Positions 26,240 to 38,294 of a stretch of DNA of 64,000 nucleotides are shown piece after piece. Where the stretch lies: NCBI GenBank assembly GCA_951406725.2, contig OX597838.1:35774001-35838000 (forward strand). Reading direction: 5' to 3'. The stretch is from Octopus vulgaris. Taxonomy: Eukaryota. Every line of letters starts with the position of its first letter. Position 1 is the first letter of the stretch. The notes beneath the pieces were generated by a model that was not told the origin of the DNA, searched no databases, and saw only the letters and a list, made by a program, of their open reading frames with translations. A program made the position numbers and the translations under genes.

Positions 26240-26398
26240 TTATTATTATTATTATTCTCTGTTTGACTTTTGCTTTATATTTGTACAAGTTGGCTCCAAG
26301 TCTCACCCAGAGACCTCAAGAGGCAACAGGTTGGAAGTTCGTATTGTTGTTATGCCTAGCGTGCCATATATTTGGTTTTGTATTTAGTGTTGTACTAT
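26240..26398 (-). mobile_element. Probable LINE 3' UTR within a (TAA)n tract (possibly Dong/R4-like)
   Basis: Unique block flanked on both sides by (TAT)n; clade assignment is inference. Confidence 0.4.
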
Positions 26399-27296
26399 TA
26401 TTATTATTATTATCATTATTATTAAGGCACTGAGCTGGCAGAACCGTTAGTGCACTGGGCAAAATGCTTAGTGGCATTTCATCTGTCTTTATGTTTTGAG
26501 TTCAAATTCTGGTGAGGTCGACTTTGCCTTTCACCCTTTTGGGATCAATAAATTAAGTAACAGTGAAACATTTGGGTCGATGTAATCGAATAAATACTAG
26601 GCTTACAAAGAATAAGTCCTGGGGTCGATTTGCTTGACTAAAGGCGGTGCTCTAGCATGGCCACACTCAAATGACTGAAACGAGTAAAAGAGTATTATTA
26701 TCATTCTTCTTCTTATTATTATTATTATATATTTTTTTTTTTTGGTGGGTGGTGGTTATTATTAGTAGAATCAGTAGAGCGACAGAAGAAATGGTTTGCA
26801 ATATTTAGTAATGTCTCTTTTACGGTCTAAATTGAGATGTTGCTTAGGTCAGACTTTGCCTTTCATGTCTTCAGGCTCGATTAAATGATGTAACAGCCCC
26901 CATCAACCTCCGATAATTTGTAGCCTTGTAACGATGACAATGATATTTCTAAATCATTGTCAACACTTATTTTGCTATCTGTCCCCCCCCCCCATGTCAT
27001 ATCCCCCCCTTCATCCAGCCAACTTGTTACTTGAATTCTCTTTGGTATCATTTATTATTTTCTTTTTTATTTTCTGAGCTTTATACATACATATACACAT
27101 ACATACACTTTTTGCTTCTCTCCTTTTCTCTCTATACATACATACATACTATATTGTATATCTAAATTTATAAATAAATAAATATATATATATATATATA
27201 TTACATATCTATCATAATTTTATGTATATGAATATATATATATATATATATATATATGTTACATACAGTATATATATATATATATGATACATATAG

Positions 27297-27329
<33 letters not shown>

Positions 27330-27956
27330 CATACAGTATATATATATATATATTTATATATGTATATAATACATATAGTATATACATATATATATATATA
27401 TATATATACATATATATGATACATATATATATATATATATATATATATGATACATATAGTATATATACATATATATATATATGTATATATGATACATATA
27501 GTGTATATATACATATATATATATATATGTATATATGATACATATAGTGTATATATACATATATATATATATATGATACATATAGTATATACATATATAT
27601 ATACACACATACACACAAAATTTTTTCTTTCAGTTTTCTTTTCTTTTGTTTACTGCTTATTTTTTTGTTTTACTTTATATATTTTTTCCTTTTGTTTCAT
27701 TTTTCTCTTTTGTTTTGTTTTAATTTTGTTTTTCACTCTACATATTATTTTTCTTTTTTTCATATTTGTTTTTTTTTTTTTTTTTCTATTTTCCTGAGTT
27801 TTTCAGACCCAATTTATTTTCTTATGTATTTCTTCAATGCTGAACTGACACATAGGGTAAGAATAAATAACAAGTTGTTATGGAAAGGCAAAGGTCGATA
27901 GGAAAAAAAGAAAACAAACAAACAAACAAACTATATATGGCTTATTTAAGATATAT

Positions 27957-28003
<47 letters not shown>

Positions 28004-28133
28004 AAATTATTTTACTGAACCCTAATTATATAACGTAATGTTTTAAATATACCGTAAATGGTCTTTTTACATACTGAACACTACTTGGTAAAATTATTAA
28101 TTAATAATTAATTAATTTTACCCTTTTATTATT

Positions 28134-28180
<47 letters not shown>

Positions 28181-28238
28181 TATATAAGTGTAGGAAGAAA
28201 TGGAGCTGAACGAAGATTTAACAAAATTTCTTTTTATT

Positions 28239-28324
28239 ATTTTCTACATATGTTTCGAAGGCTGCAAAGTCCCTAATTCGGATTGAATAAGGAGTCCATT
28301 TTGCAGCCTTCTCTTCAGGAAAAT
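28239..28324 (-). ncRNA. Type I hammerhead ribozyme with intact core, in a probable Penelope-like remnant
   Basis: Minus strand: ATTTTC-CTGAAGA-GAAGGCTGCAAA..TTTGCAGCCTTC-GAA-ACATATGT-A-GAAAAT. 6-bp stem I, 12-bp stem II, palindromic stem III, GUA cleavage triplet. Confidence 0.8.
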
Positions 28325-28418
28325 CCAGGAACTTAATTCTCCAACAAAATGCACAGCAAGCTTTTCGACAAACGCTCACGAGGAGCCCATGAAATAAATG
28401 GCACAAACTGTCTATCTA

Positions 28419-28459
<41 letters not shown>

Positions 28460-28464
28460 GTATA

Positions 28465-28741
28465 CAGTAGTGGACTGGCCAGGTTGCCAGCTTGCCCAAA
28501 GGCAAGTGGGCCCCTGCCCCTTTAGAACTCGTGTTAGTATCTAAGGGGCCCATCCCCTCAAGTTTGAGAATTTTTTATTCACCCCTGGAAGAATGCATTA
28601 ATTATTTTAGCCTGGGTGTGTTTGTAGACAGTGGAAAAGAATACTTATAACAAGCAAAAAAAAAAAATTAAATGATAACATTGTAGTTGTGGGTGAACCC
28701 CCTTAGTCTCCTGGCAACCAATATTTTTAGACCCAGTCTGC

Positions 28742-28746
<5 letters not shown>
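28465..28746. mobile_element. Probable hAT-like MITE within (TA)n
   Basis: Ends cagtagtggactgg / ccagtctgccacta (imperfect TIR). Confidence 0.55.
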
Positions 28747-28797
<51 letters not shown>

Positions 28798-29368
28798 ATA
28801 CAGGAATTGGGATTTAGAATCTGGGCAGGTACTACATTAGCACTCTGATATAATCCAGATTTGGCTAAACACATCAAATAATAGGGAACATACAGAATTG
28901 TTTAAGGATAAGCAGTTATTTAGCACTTCACTCAGTAGATAAATCTTGAGTTTGCTTCATTGAATTTTGCACATCATACAGAGTGTATAATCAAGACATC
29001 ACAAAGAAGGAGAGAGAATTGTAACATCTCTAAAATTTGTTTATTACAGTATTATTTGCTTTATATTCCAATCCAACAAGTGTTTCTGCTAGATGACTGT
29101 CCCAATGTCCTTTGAAGTAGCCCTTATATGCATTTAGTCGATTCAGTCACAGAACATATTCATCCAATGTAGGTATTCTTAGGCAGATTTGTTCAAGGTT
29201 TTATGCATTGAGGTGGGTGAAGCAAACTGAGGGTTTGAGTATAAAGTAGCCCTTCTTAAAGTATATTCTAGGTGAGGGGTCATAAAACCTTAGGGTACAC
29301 GACAGTAGAGATTGCTTTGAAATATATGTCTATTGTACTGGTATTTTTAGAATTTTAGGGAATAAATA

Positions 29369-29775
29369 TAGGTGCAGGAGTGGCTGTGTGGTAAGTAGCT
29401 TGCTTACCAGTCACATGGTTCCGGGTTCAGTCCCACTGCATGGCACCTTGGGCAAGTGTCTTCTACTATAGCCTTGGGCCAACCAAAGTCTTGTGAGTGG
29501 ATTTGGTAGACGGAAACTGAAAGAAGCCCACCGTATATATGTATATACATATATATGTGTGTGTATGTTTGTGTGTCTGTGTTTGTTTTTCTAGCATTGC
29601 TTGACAACCGATACTGTTGTGTCTATGTCCCTGTAATATAGCGGTTCAGCAAAAGAGACCGATAGAATAAGTACTAGGCTTACAAAGAATAAGTCCTGGG
29701 GCTTGATTTGCTTGACTAAAGGCAGTGCTCCAGCATGGCCACAGTCAAATGACTGAAACAAGTAAAAGAGTAAAG
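29369..29775 (+). mobile_element. SINE family A
   Basis: Family consensus. Confidence 0.85.
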
Positions 29776-30610
29776 ATTATTTTATATATTTAGTAGTAGA
29801 AAAAAAAAAAAACCTTGATTAGGTCAGAATGCAGTCAAATCGCCTCACTGACTATTCACAGGGAGAATGATATAATACCGTATATGATAAATGGTCAGAT
29901 TTTAAAGGAATCGGAAGAAAGAGGAAATAAAAGAAACATTGTTTTAATTTTGGTTTTCAAACCAGTCCGTAGCAGTAACATTTTATATACTTATTTGAAT
30001 ATTAGAGGTGTTGTATTGATTGGGATGAATAAGTTGAAATTCTAATCATATTTTAGTCTAATCGTATTTATAAAAAGAAAAGCTATAATTTTGAGGTTTA
30101 TTGTGAGATTGTTAAAATCTAACTTGAGTAAATATGCAGTTATTTGACTCGGTTAACTTCTGTGCACTTCTATAAATGTGGCATCCAATTAAGAATCCTT
30201 ATTTGGAAAGTATTTAAATACTTATCTAAATGAATGTGCACATTTCAGAGATAATGCATTTACGTGATTTATTAACCAGTAATTAGAGGTAAAGATATGG
30301 AATATTTCTTTGAGTAGATTACATTTCAAGTTCCTAATAGTATACAGGGAAGCACTATGAATTATTGCCCTTTTAATATCATATTTAGTGTCCTTATCCT
30401 TTAAGGTTCAGGCAAACCCACTCAAACTTGAACTATTCAATTTTTGCCTATTAATCAAAGGACATTAAGATGCTTATCTGGCAGAAACACATGTCAGATT
30501 GGAATTTAATGAGAATAATACTGTAATATTACGGAGATGTACTTGCACACCAAGTGACCTGATCTGAGATTGTGTGCTGGAGCGAAAACAATTTCAGCAT
30601 GGAAGGTGTT

Positions 30611-30841
30611 TATAAGCCATTTAAGAAACACAAAATCCGTTAGATTCACTTCAACATTTGAATTTAATTTGTGTCAAAATATTTTCATCACTTTGAGACC
30701 ATGACCTGTTCATTGACAGGCAGCACGGAATTTTGTCAGTGAACGGGTCACGGTCTCAAAGCGCCGAAAATATTTTGACAAATTGAATTTAAATGTTGAA
30801 GTGAATCGAACGGATTATGTGTGTTTCTTAAATGGCTTATA
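30611..30841. repeat. 231-bp fold-back, probably an inverted Penelope-like terminal repeat
   Basis: tataagccatttaagaaacac.. pairs with ..gtgtttcttaaatggcttata; hammerhead-like motif in each arm. Confidence 0.85.
30732..30782 (+). ncRNA. Degenerate G3:C8-variant hammerhead motif (right arm of fold-back)
   Basis: TTTGTCA-GTGAACG-GGTCAC..GCGCC-GAA-AATATT-T-TGACAAA; mirror copy on minus strand at 30672-30718. Confidence 0.5.
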
Positions 30842-31075
30842 CTACTATCTACTATGGCAATCCCTCAAGGTCGAGGATGATGGTCTTCGCGCAAATTTAT
30901 TGGTGAGTCCGCAGGTGACTAATAAGACCAATTCTTGCTCGAAAAGATCGGTCACAGTGCAGACATCTAGTGCCGGAAGGGAGAGTCGCACGTGGTTGTT
31001 GGCGCTCCTTCCGTCGTCGTCTTTTCTCCTCCAGCTCTGCAGACCTTTTCGACTCGAAATTCTTATAAATACTCG
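30842..31075 (-). mobile_element. 5'-truncated RTE-type LINE with TSD
   Basis: Minus frame FESKRSAELEEKRRRRKER..CLHCDRSFRARIGLISHLRTHQ* (stop 30897-30899); short 3' UTR, TAG-like tail, 12-bp TSD aaatggcttata. Confidence 0.85.
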
Positions 31076-32023
31076 AAATGGCTTATAAATACTGTAATAA
31101 ACAACTTTTAAAGATGGACAATTCTCCATGCTTCTTTGTGATGTCATGACTCCACAGACAGACACACACTCACAGAGACACACACACACACACATTCATC
31201 TTCATTATCAATCTCTGGACATTACTGTCTCCAGCCCTGGGATTCATAGGGCTGGCTCCTCAGTTTCCACAGTATAATTATGATTATTATTATTGAGTGA
31301 GAGAGCAGTGCATTCCATCAAAGTGACACTGGGGCACAAATATACGGAGCCCAGTATACCCATCATGACTACCTGTCTCATAAGGGTACACCAGGCAGGT
31401 GCACACAACCATATGTGTACGTCATGGTAATCTCATATCAAAATAAAACAGCACATGACCTTGCAGGTAGGGCCCAATTAGAATTTTCTTTCGGTCAAGT
31501 AACCCATCCTGCTCAAAAGGTCCCTAAACAAGGTGCCTATAGTAGAAAGGTTTATTATTATCATAGTTATTATTATTTTAAAGAGAGTGAGCTGGCAGAA
31601 TCGTTAGCCTGCTGGGCAAAATACTTCATGGCATTCTGTCTGTCCTTACGTTCTGAGTTCAAATATCACTAAGGTCGATTTTGCCATTCATCTCTTCGGG
31701 ATTGATAAAATAAGTACCAGTTAAACACTGGGGGCCGATCTAATCCACCTTCCCCCTCCACTGAACTCACTGGCCTTGTCTCAAAATTTTAAATCAATAT
31801 TATTATTATTATTACTATTATTAGTTAGTATTAGAATTAATATTAGGAAGGAAGGGGGGGGGGGAGAAGACAAGATTTGTTTGTTTTGTTTGTTTATTTG
31901 TTTTCTTTTTTTTTTCTTGAAACTCTGTTGCGTTTACTGATGCTATTGCTAGTGGTGATGATGATGATGATAATGCTGCTACTACTGCTACTTCTGCTGC
32001 TACTAATATCATGTATGCCTAAC

Positions 32024-32024
32024 T

Positions 32025-32062
<38 letters not shown>

Positions 32063-32063
32063 G

Positions 32064-32099
<36 letters not shown>

Positions 32100-32308
32100 T
32101 GTATGTTTAATTCTACTACTACTACCACCACTACTACTACTATGTATGTTTAATTCTACTACTACTACTACTACTCTTACTACTACTACTATGTATGTTT
32201 AATTCTACTACTACTCTTACTACTACTACTCTTACTACTACTACTATGTATGTTTAATTCTACTACTACTACTACTACCACCACTACTACTACTATGTAT
32301 GTTTAATT

Positions 32309-32349
<41 letters not shown>

Positions 32350-32515
32350 GTGTATGTTTAATTCTACTACTACTCTTACTACTACTACTATGTATGTTTA
32401 ATTCTACTACTACTCTTCTACTACTACTACTACTACTACTACTACTGCTACTACTACTACTGTGTATGTTTAAATACTACTGCTATGTATGTTTAATTAT
32501 ACTACTACTACTACA
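32024..32515. repeat. (CTA)n array punctuated by TATGTATGTTTAATT
   Basis: 9 anchor copies with variable CTA runs. Confidence 0.9.
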
Positions 32516-33484
32516 CAGTATGATATAGACTTTGAGATGTTCTGTGGGTTTTTCTTGTATATGTATAGCATGGTATATTCCCGGATATTCCACAAAATGC
32601 TTTCAATCATGGTATGTTGCGGTATGCTGTCAGATATTGTATGGTATCTTATAATAAATACACTCTTAAATGTTTTGTAGTGTGTACAATGTAGTGTATG
32701 ATGTATGATGTACACTCTGATACACCAAGGATTCATGTTTTAATACACACACACACACACACTCTCTGACACATGTCTATGTGTTTATATATACAAAGCT
32801 CTATGATTGGAGTTGGTAGATGGAAACTGAAAGAAGCTTGTCATATGTATGTGTATATATCAGTGTACATGTTACCATCTCTTTGCCCTGACTGCACAAA
32901 GGGCATCTAGCCATAGAAAATCTGCTTCAGTAAACTCCACTAGATCCATGCAAGCATGGAAAAGAGGATGTTACGGCAATGGTGATGAAAATGATAAATG
33001 CAAAGTGCTGGGGTCGATTTGCTTGACTAAAGGCGGTGCTCCAGCATGGCCGCAGTCAAATGACTGAAACAAGTAAAAGAGTAAAAAGAGTATCCATCCA
33101 TCTACACCCATTATTCCTGGAAGGGTTCTGAGATAGAGTCCTCAGGGCCCTCCTTGATAAAGTTCTATCAAAAGCAGTTGTCATTATTCTTCCCAGTTGG
33201 ATTCTTAAGCATGACAAGTTGTGACTGTAGATCTTATCCAACCATTTCATTCTTGGTCTGCTTCTAGGTCTCCTAGTGGTTTGTTATGCTTGAAGAATTT
33301 ACCTTGTGATTCTTAACCATGATATTCTAAATCGCATGTCAGAAGTACCAAAGCTGCGACCTCTCAGTGCACAAAGAAGTTGTAGCTTAACCCCCTAGAG
33401 ACTCCCTAAGTTCCAAACTATGTAACCTGTAGAGTAATATATTAATCCTGAGGAATCCTATTTCAGATCCTTGTGTTTTTTTTG

Positions 33485-33990
33485 TCATCATTTAACGTCC
33501 GCTTCCCGTGCTAGCATGGGTTGGACGATTTGACTGAGGTCTGGTAAACCAGATGGCTGCGCCAGGCTCAATGTGATCTGGCAGAGTTTCTACAGATGGA
33601 TGCCCTTTCTAAAGCCAACCACTCCGAGAGTGTAGTGGGTGCTTTTATGTGCCACCAGCACAAGGGCCAGTCTGGCGGTACTGGCAATGGCCACGCTCAA
33701 GTGTTTTTTACATGCCACCTGCTCAGGAGTCAGTCCAGCGGCACTGGCAATGACCTCGCTTGAATGTTTTGTTCACGTGCCACCAGCACAGGTGCCAGTA
33801 AGGTGACGCTGGTAACGATCACGCTCAAATGGTGCTTTTTACAAGCCACTGGCACAGAAGCCAGACAGCTGCTCTGGCAGTGATCCCGCTCGGATGGTGC
33901 TGTTAACGCTCCACTGGCACGGGTGCCAGTCATCGAATTTGGTTCAGTTTTGGTTTCACTTGCCCCCAACAGGTCTTTGCAAGCGGAGTT
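33485..33990 (-). mobile_element. RTE 3' UTR fragment with internal subrepeats
   Basis: Family consensus with repeated gtgccacc..ggca units. Confidence 0.75.
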
Positions 33991-34954
33991 TGTGTTTCTG
34001 ATGATTATACTCTTTTGATCATTACACAACATTCATAACAACAGGCAGTGATAGGCATGGAAACCAGATTGTAAAAAATATAAGAAAGTAAATAAAAAAA
34101 TTTAAAAGTTCTTAAATTATGTGATATTCATTTTGGCAGCATTATTGATACTGACAATAACTGCATTAGGCTAATTTAAAATTCTCCTATTTAAACTTAC
34201 ATTATTTAAACAACCGAAAATTCCTCTCTTTGCATATAGCCTGAATCATGATTAAATAAATTTGAATCTTTAGTGTTTAAGGATTAGTTTATTCTTGTCT
34301 TTGATTTAATCGATGCTATTTTATATGTATATTTACATCAAATTACATACACACCTGTGCACATGCTCACACGTGTATGTATGAATGGTTTTGCGTGAAT
34401 TTATTTGACTTTTACAATTACTAATATTAATGTTCTTCATTATGTTTGGTATTACAAATAAAATGAAATTTCTTCATTCTTTAATCATACACCTCTTGCT
34501 TAATACATTTGCTTTGTTTTAAATTCCACTGAAAGCTTGTCTTCTAAAATGGTTTTGCATTTGAAAATTTTGCATGGTAACCAATTTGAATTTGCTATTG
34601 AACTTCAACCAGTTTAAATTGAATATTTCAAAAAGTAGTCTGAAGAATTTTGTTTTTCTTTTACTCAAGTATAACAGTTACAGATCATGTGATATGTTTT
34701 TGCTGTTATTGTCGTTTTATTTCAGGGGGTTTTGTTGTTGTTTTTTTTTGTATTTTTTTTTCATGCAGCTCTACTGACTTAAATGTCTCAAATCCAAACT
34801 TTAGGTCTTCAGAACTAGGAGGAAGCAACAGGATTTTTTTTCTTTATCCTCTTAGGAAGTAAGAGTCTTCTTTTTGGAAGGAGAAGAGATGAAGTAAAAG
34901 ATGTAATTACAATTAAAATGAAAATTTAATTAAAATTTTAAAAGCATTAAATAA

Positions 34955-35119
34955 TAGGCGCAGGAGTGGCTGTGTGGTAAGTAGCTTGCTAACCAACCAC
35001 ATGGTTCCGGGTTCAGTCCCACTGCGTGGTGGCATCTTGGGCAAGTGTCTTCTGCTATAGCCCCGGGCTGACCAATGCCTTGTGAGTGGATTTGGTAGAC
35101 GGAAACTGAAAGAAGCCTT
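34955..35119 (+). mobile_element. SINE family A, 5' part
   Basis: Family consensus head. Confidence 0.8.
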
Positions 35120-35237
35120 ATGCATTATGTTTGTTCCCTTCCACCACTTGATAAACGGTGTAGGTTTGCTTATGCCCCCACGACTTAGTGCTTCAGTAAA
35201 AGAGGCTGATAAAATAAGCACCAGGTATAAAAGACAA

Positions 35238-35840
35238 AGGCAGCGGGCTGGCAGAATCGTGAGCATGCTGGGCGAAATGCTTAGCGGTATTTCGTCTGCT
35301 GTTACGTTCTGATTTCAAATTCCGCCGAGGTCTACTTTGCCTTTCATCCTTTCGGAGTCGATTAAATAAGTACCAGTTACGCTCTGGGGTTAATATAATC
35401 GACTTAATCCGTTTGTTTGTCCTTGTTTGTCCTCTCTGTGTTTAACCCCTTGTGGATAGTAAAGAAATAGGTATTTCATCTCCCACTACGTTCTGAGTTC
35501 AAATTCCGCTGAGGTCTACTTTGCCTTTCATCCTTTCGGAGTCGATTAAATAAGTACCAGTTACGCTCTGGGGTCGATATAATCGACTTAATCCGTTTGT
35601 TTGTCCTTGTTTGTCCTCTCTGTGTTTAGCCCCTTGTGCTTAGTAAAGAAACAGGTATTTCGTCTGCCGTTACGTTCTGAGTTCAAATTCCGCCAAGGTC
35701 TACTTTGCCTTTCATCCTTTCGGGGTCAATAAATTAAGCACCAGTTACGTACTGGGGTCGATATAATCGACTTAATACCTATGTCTGTCCATGTTTGTCC
35801 CCTCTATGTTTAGCCCCTTGTGGGTAATAAAGAAATAGGT
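35238..35840 (+). mobile_element. SINE family B head-to-tail trimer
   Basis: One full copy plus two 5'-truncated copies joined at gaaa(t/c)aggtatttc. Confidence 0.85.
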
Positions 35841-36249
35841 ATAAAAGACAAATACTTGGGTTTGAGTTACTCAACTAAATCTTTAAGGTGCTTTCCAACC
35901 ATGACCATAGTCCAATGACTAAAACCAATAAAAGATAGAAAATTTAAAGAATAAAGAATTTAAAGAATATTATTTTAAGCCATTTTTTTCTGTCCTTCAT
36001 AAAGACATTATGCAACTGAAGATTTAAAAGTGATAATTGTTGACTGCAGCTAACAGTCTGCAGTTTCCCTGCTTGGTCTTGATGTTTCTTTGCTTTGATC
36101 ACCTGTTGGCTAATTTGATAGACTAAAATATCTCATGACATCTTTGATGACCAACCCCCCTCCTCCCCCCTCTAGTTACCACTCTTTATAGTGTTTATGG
36201 CATTTAGCAATAAACATCGCGACATGTGACATTCACCATCATGGCCATG

Positions 36250-36673
36250 TTACTCTCTTTTACTCTTTTACTCTTTTACTTGTTTCAGGCATTTGACTGC
36301 GGCCATGCTGGAGCACCGCCTTTAGTCGAGCAAATCGCTCCCCGGGACTTATTCTTTGTAAGCCCAGTACTTATTCTATCGGTCTCTTTTGCCGAACCGC
36401 TAAGTGAATGGGTACATAAACACACCAGCATCGGTTGTCAAGCAATGCTTGGGGGACAAACACAGACACACAAACACACACACATACATATGTATATATA
36501 CATATATACGACATGCTTCTTTCAGTTTCCGTCTACAAAATCCACTCACAAGGCATTGGTCGGCCCGGGGCTATAGCAGAAGACACTTGCCCAAGATGCC
36601 ACGCAGTGGGACTGAACCCGGAGCCATGTGGTTGGTTAGCAAGCTACTTACCACACAGCCACTCCTGCGCCTA
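36250..36673 (-). mobile_element. SINE family A
   Basis: Full-length reverse copy. Confidence 0.85.
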
Positions 36674-36946
36674 TGTTGTGAGGAAGTTTGTCTTTGCATC
36701 TGTATGGTTTTGGGGTTTAAGTTCCACTCTGTGGCTCTTTGAACGAGTGTCTTCTTTTATCTTGGGTTCAGGCTGACTGGAGCCATTGCAAGTGGAGTAC
36801 AGCGAACTGAAACTGATGAGTTTAAGAAACAAATGGACCTCTGGTGTAACATAACTCAATAAAGCACAAAGCCCAGAGACTAGGGAATCTCTTCAAGTCA
36901 AGTGGTTACATTTCTGCATTGAGAGTTCACATATCAGGCACTATGG

Positions 36947-37325
36947 TGGAAGCGCAATGGCCCAGTGGTTAGGGCAGCGGACTCGCGGTCGTAGGATTGC
37001 GGTTTCGATTCCCAGACCGGGCGTTGTGAGTATTTATTGAGCGAAAACACCTAAAAGCTCCACGAGGCTCCGGCAGGGGATGGTGGTGATCCCTGCTGTA
37101 CTCTTTCACCACAACTTTCTCTCACTCTTACTTCCTGTTTCTGTTGTACCTGTATTTCAAAGGGCCGGCCTTGTCACTCTCTGTGTCACGCTGAATATCC
37201 CCGAGAACTATGTTAAGGGTACACGTGTCTGTGGAGTGCTCAGTCACTTACACGTTAATTTCAAGAGCAAGCTGTTCCGTTGATTCGGATCAACCGGAAC
37301 CCTCGTCGTCATAACCGACGGAGTG
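36947..37325 (+). mobile_element. tRNA(Arg)-like-headed SINE, family C
   Basis: gcgcaatggcccagtggttagggcagcggactcgcgg..ggtttcgattccc head; other copies at 54839, 57393 and 51340-51640 (minus). Confidence 0.8.
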
Positions 37326-38075
37326 TTTCCTTTATCAGTCAATATATGCATGTGATTAGAATATCACAAGGAAGAATCATAGAGATTCTTCAAGCCCAGC
37401 CAGCCAACCAGCCAGCTGCACCCTAAGGGCAGACCATGAGATGGTTGGTTATCGGTTGGTCTCCGTTGGTCAAAATTCTGATTTCTTTAATCATCCTGCT
37501 ATTAGCATATCCCTTAAATATTTATATGCATTTAAGTTCCAGCTAAATGCTTAGATATTATTTTCGTTCATCATTATCACCATCATCATTATCATCATTT
37601 AACATCCACTCCCCATGTTGGTTGGCATGGATTAGACGGTTTGACTGGAGCTGATACGCTGGAGAACTGCACCATATTCCAGTCTGATTTGGTATGGGTT
37701 CTACAGCTAGATGTTCTTCCTAACACCGACAATTACCATGATTATGATTCATGTGTGTGTGTCTTTTACATGGTACCAACAACGACTATGATTCATGGGT
37801 GGGTGCTTTTTACATGGCACTGGCCATGACTACAATTCACTAGTGGGTACCATTTATATGGCACGGACAACGACCATGGTTATGATTCACAGCTGGGTGC
37901 CATTTGCACAGCACCAGCAACAGCCGTTCAAGAATTTGGACCTGGAGATCTCTATTTCCAGCGACTTCGAGGGCCACCTCCCAGTGGTGTCGGGCGCCAA
38001 TGAAGAGCCCTTGACTACAAGATGACCAAATTTTTTTTTCAAAGGTCTAGGGTCTCCTGCCTCTAAGCCCTAGAC

Positions 38076-38294
38076 CAGTGCTTTTCAAACATTTTGCTGG
38101 AGCGGAACCCCAAGGAAACATTCTCCTGGCTCTAGGAAACCCTGTGCAATAATTTAATTGTCTTATGCACACATATATTCACAGGTGAATTAAAAATTAC
38201 TGCCGATTTTAGCAGTTTTGTAACTCCCTGCGGAAACCCTGGACTGTACTGGCGGAACCCTAAGGTTCCGCGGAAACCTGGTTGAAAACCACTG
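38076..38294. mobile_element. hAT (Charlie-like) MITE
   Basis: TIR cagtgcttttcaaac / ggttgaaaaccactg; perfect 8-bp TSD ccctagac. Confidence 0.9.

Noticed and set aside
32024-32515. CRISPR-like repeat/spacer pattern
   Set aside because: Spacers are only (CTA)n runs, there are no cas genes, and the context is eukaryotic
36810-36840. CTGATGA..GAAAC motif
   Set aside because: No stem II or stem III pairing
36950-37025. tRNA-Arg-like gene (also 54840 and 57395)
   Set aside because: Acceptor stem does not pair and each continues into a shared repeat body, so these are SINE heads
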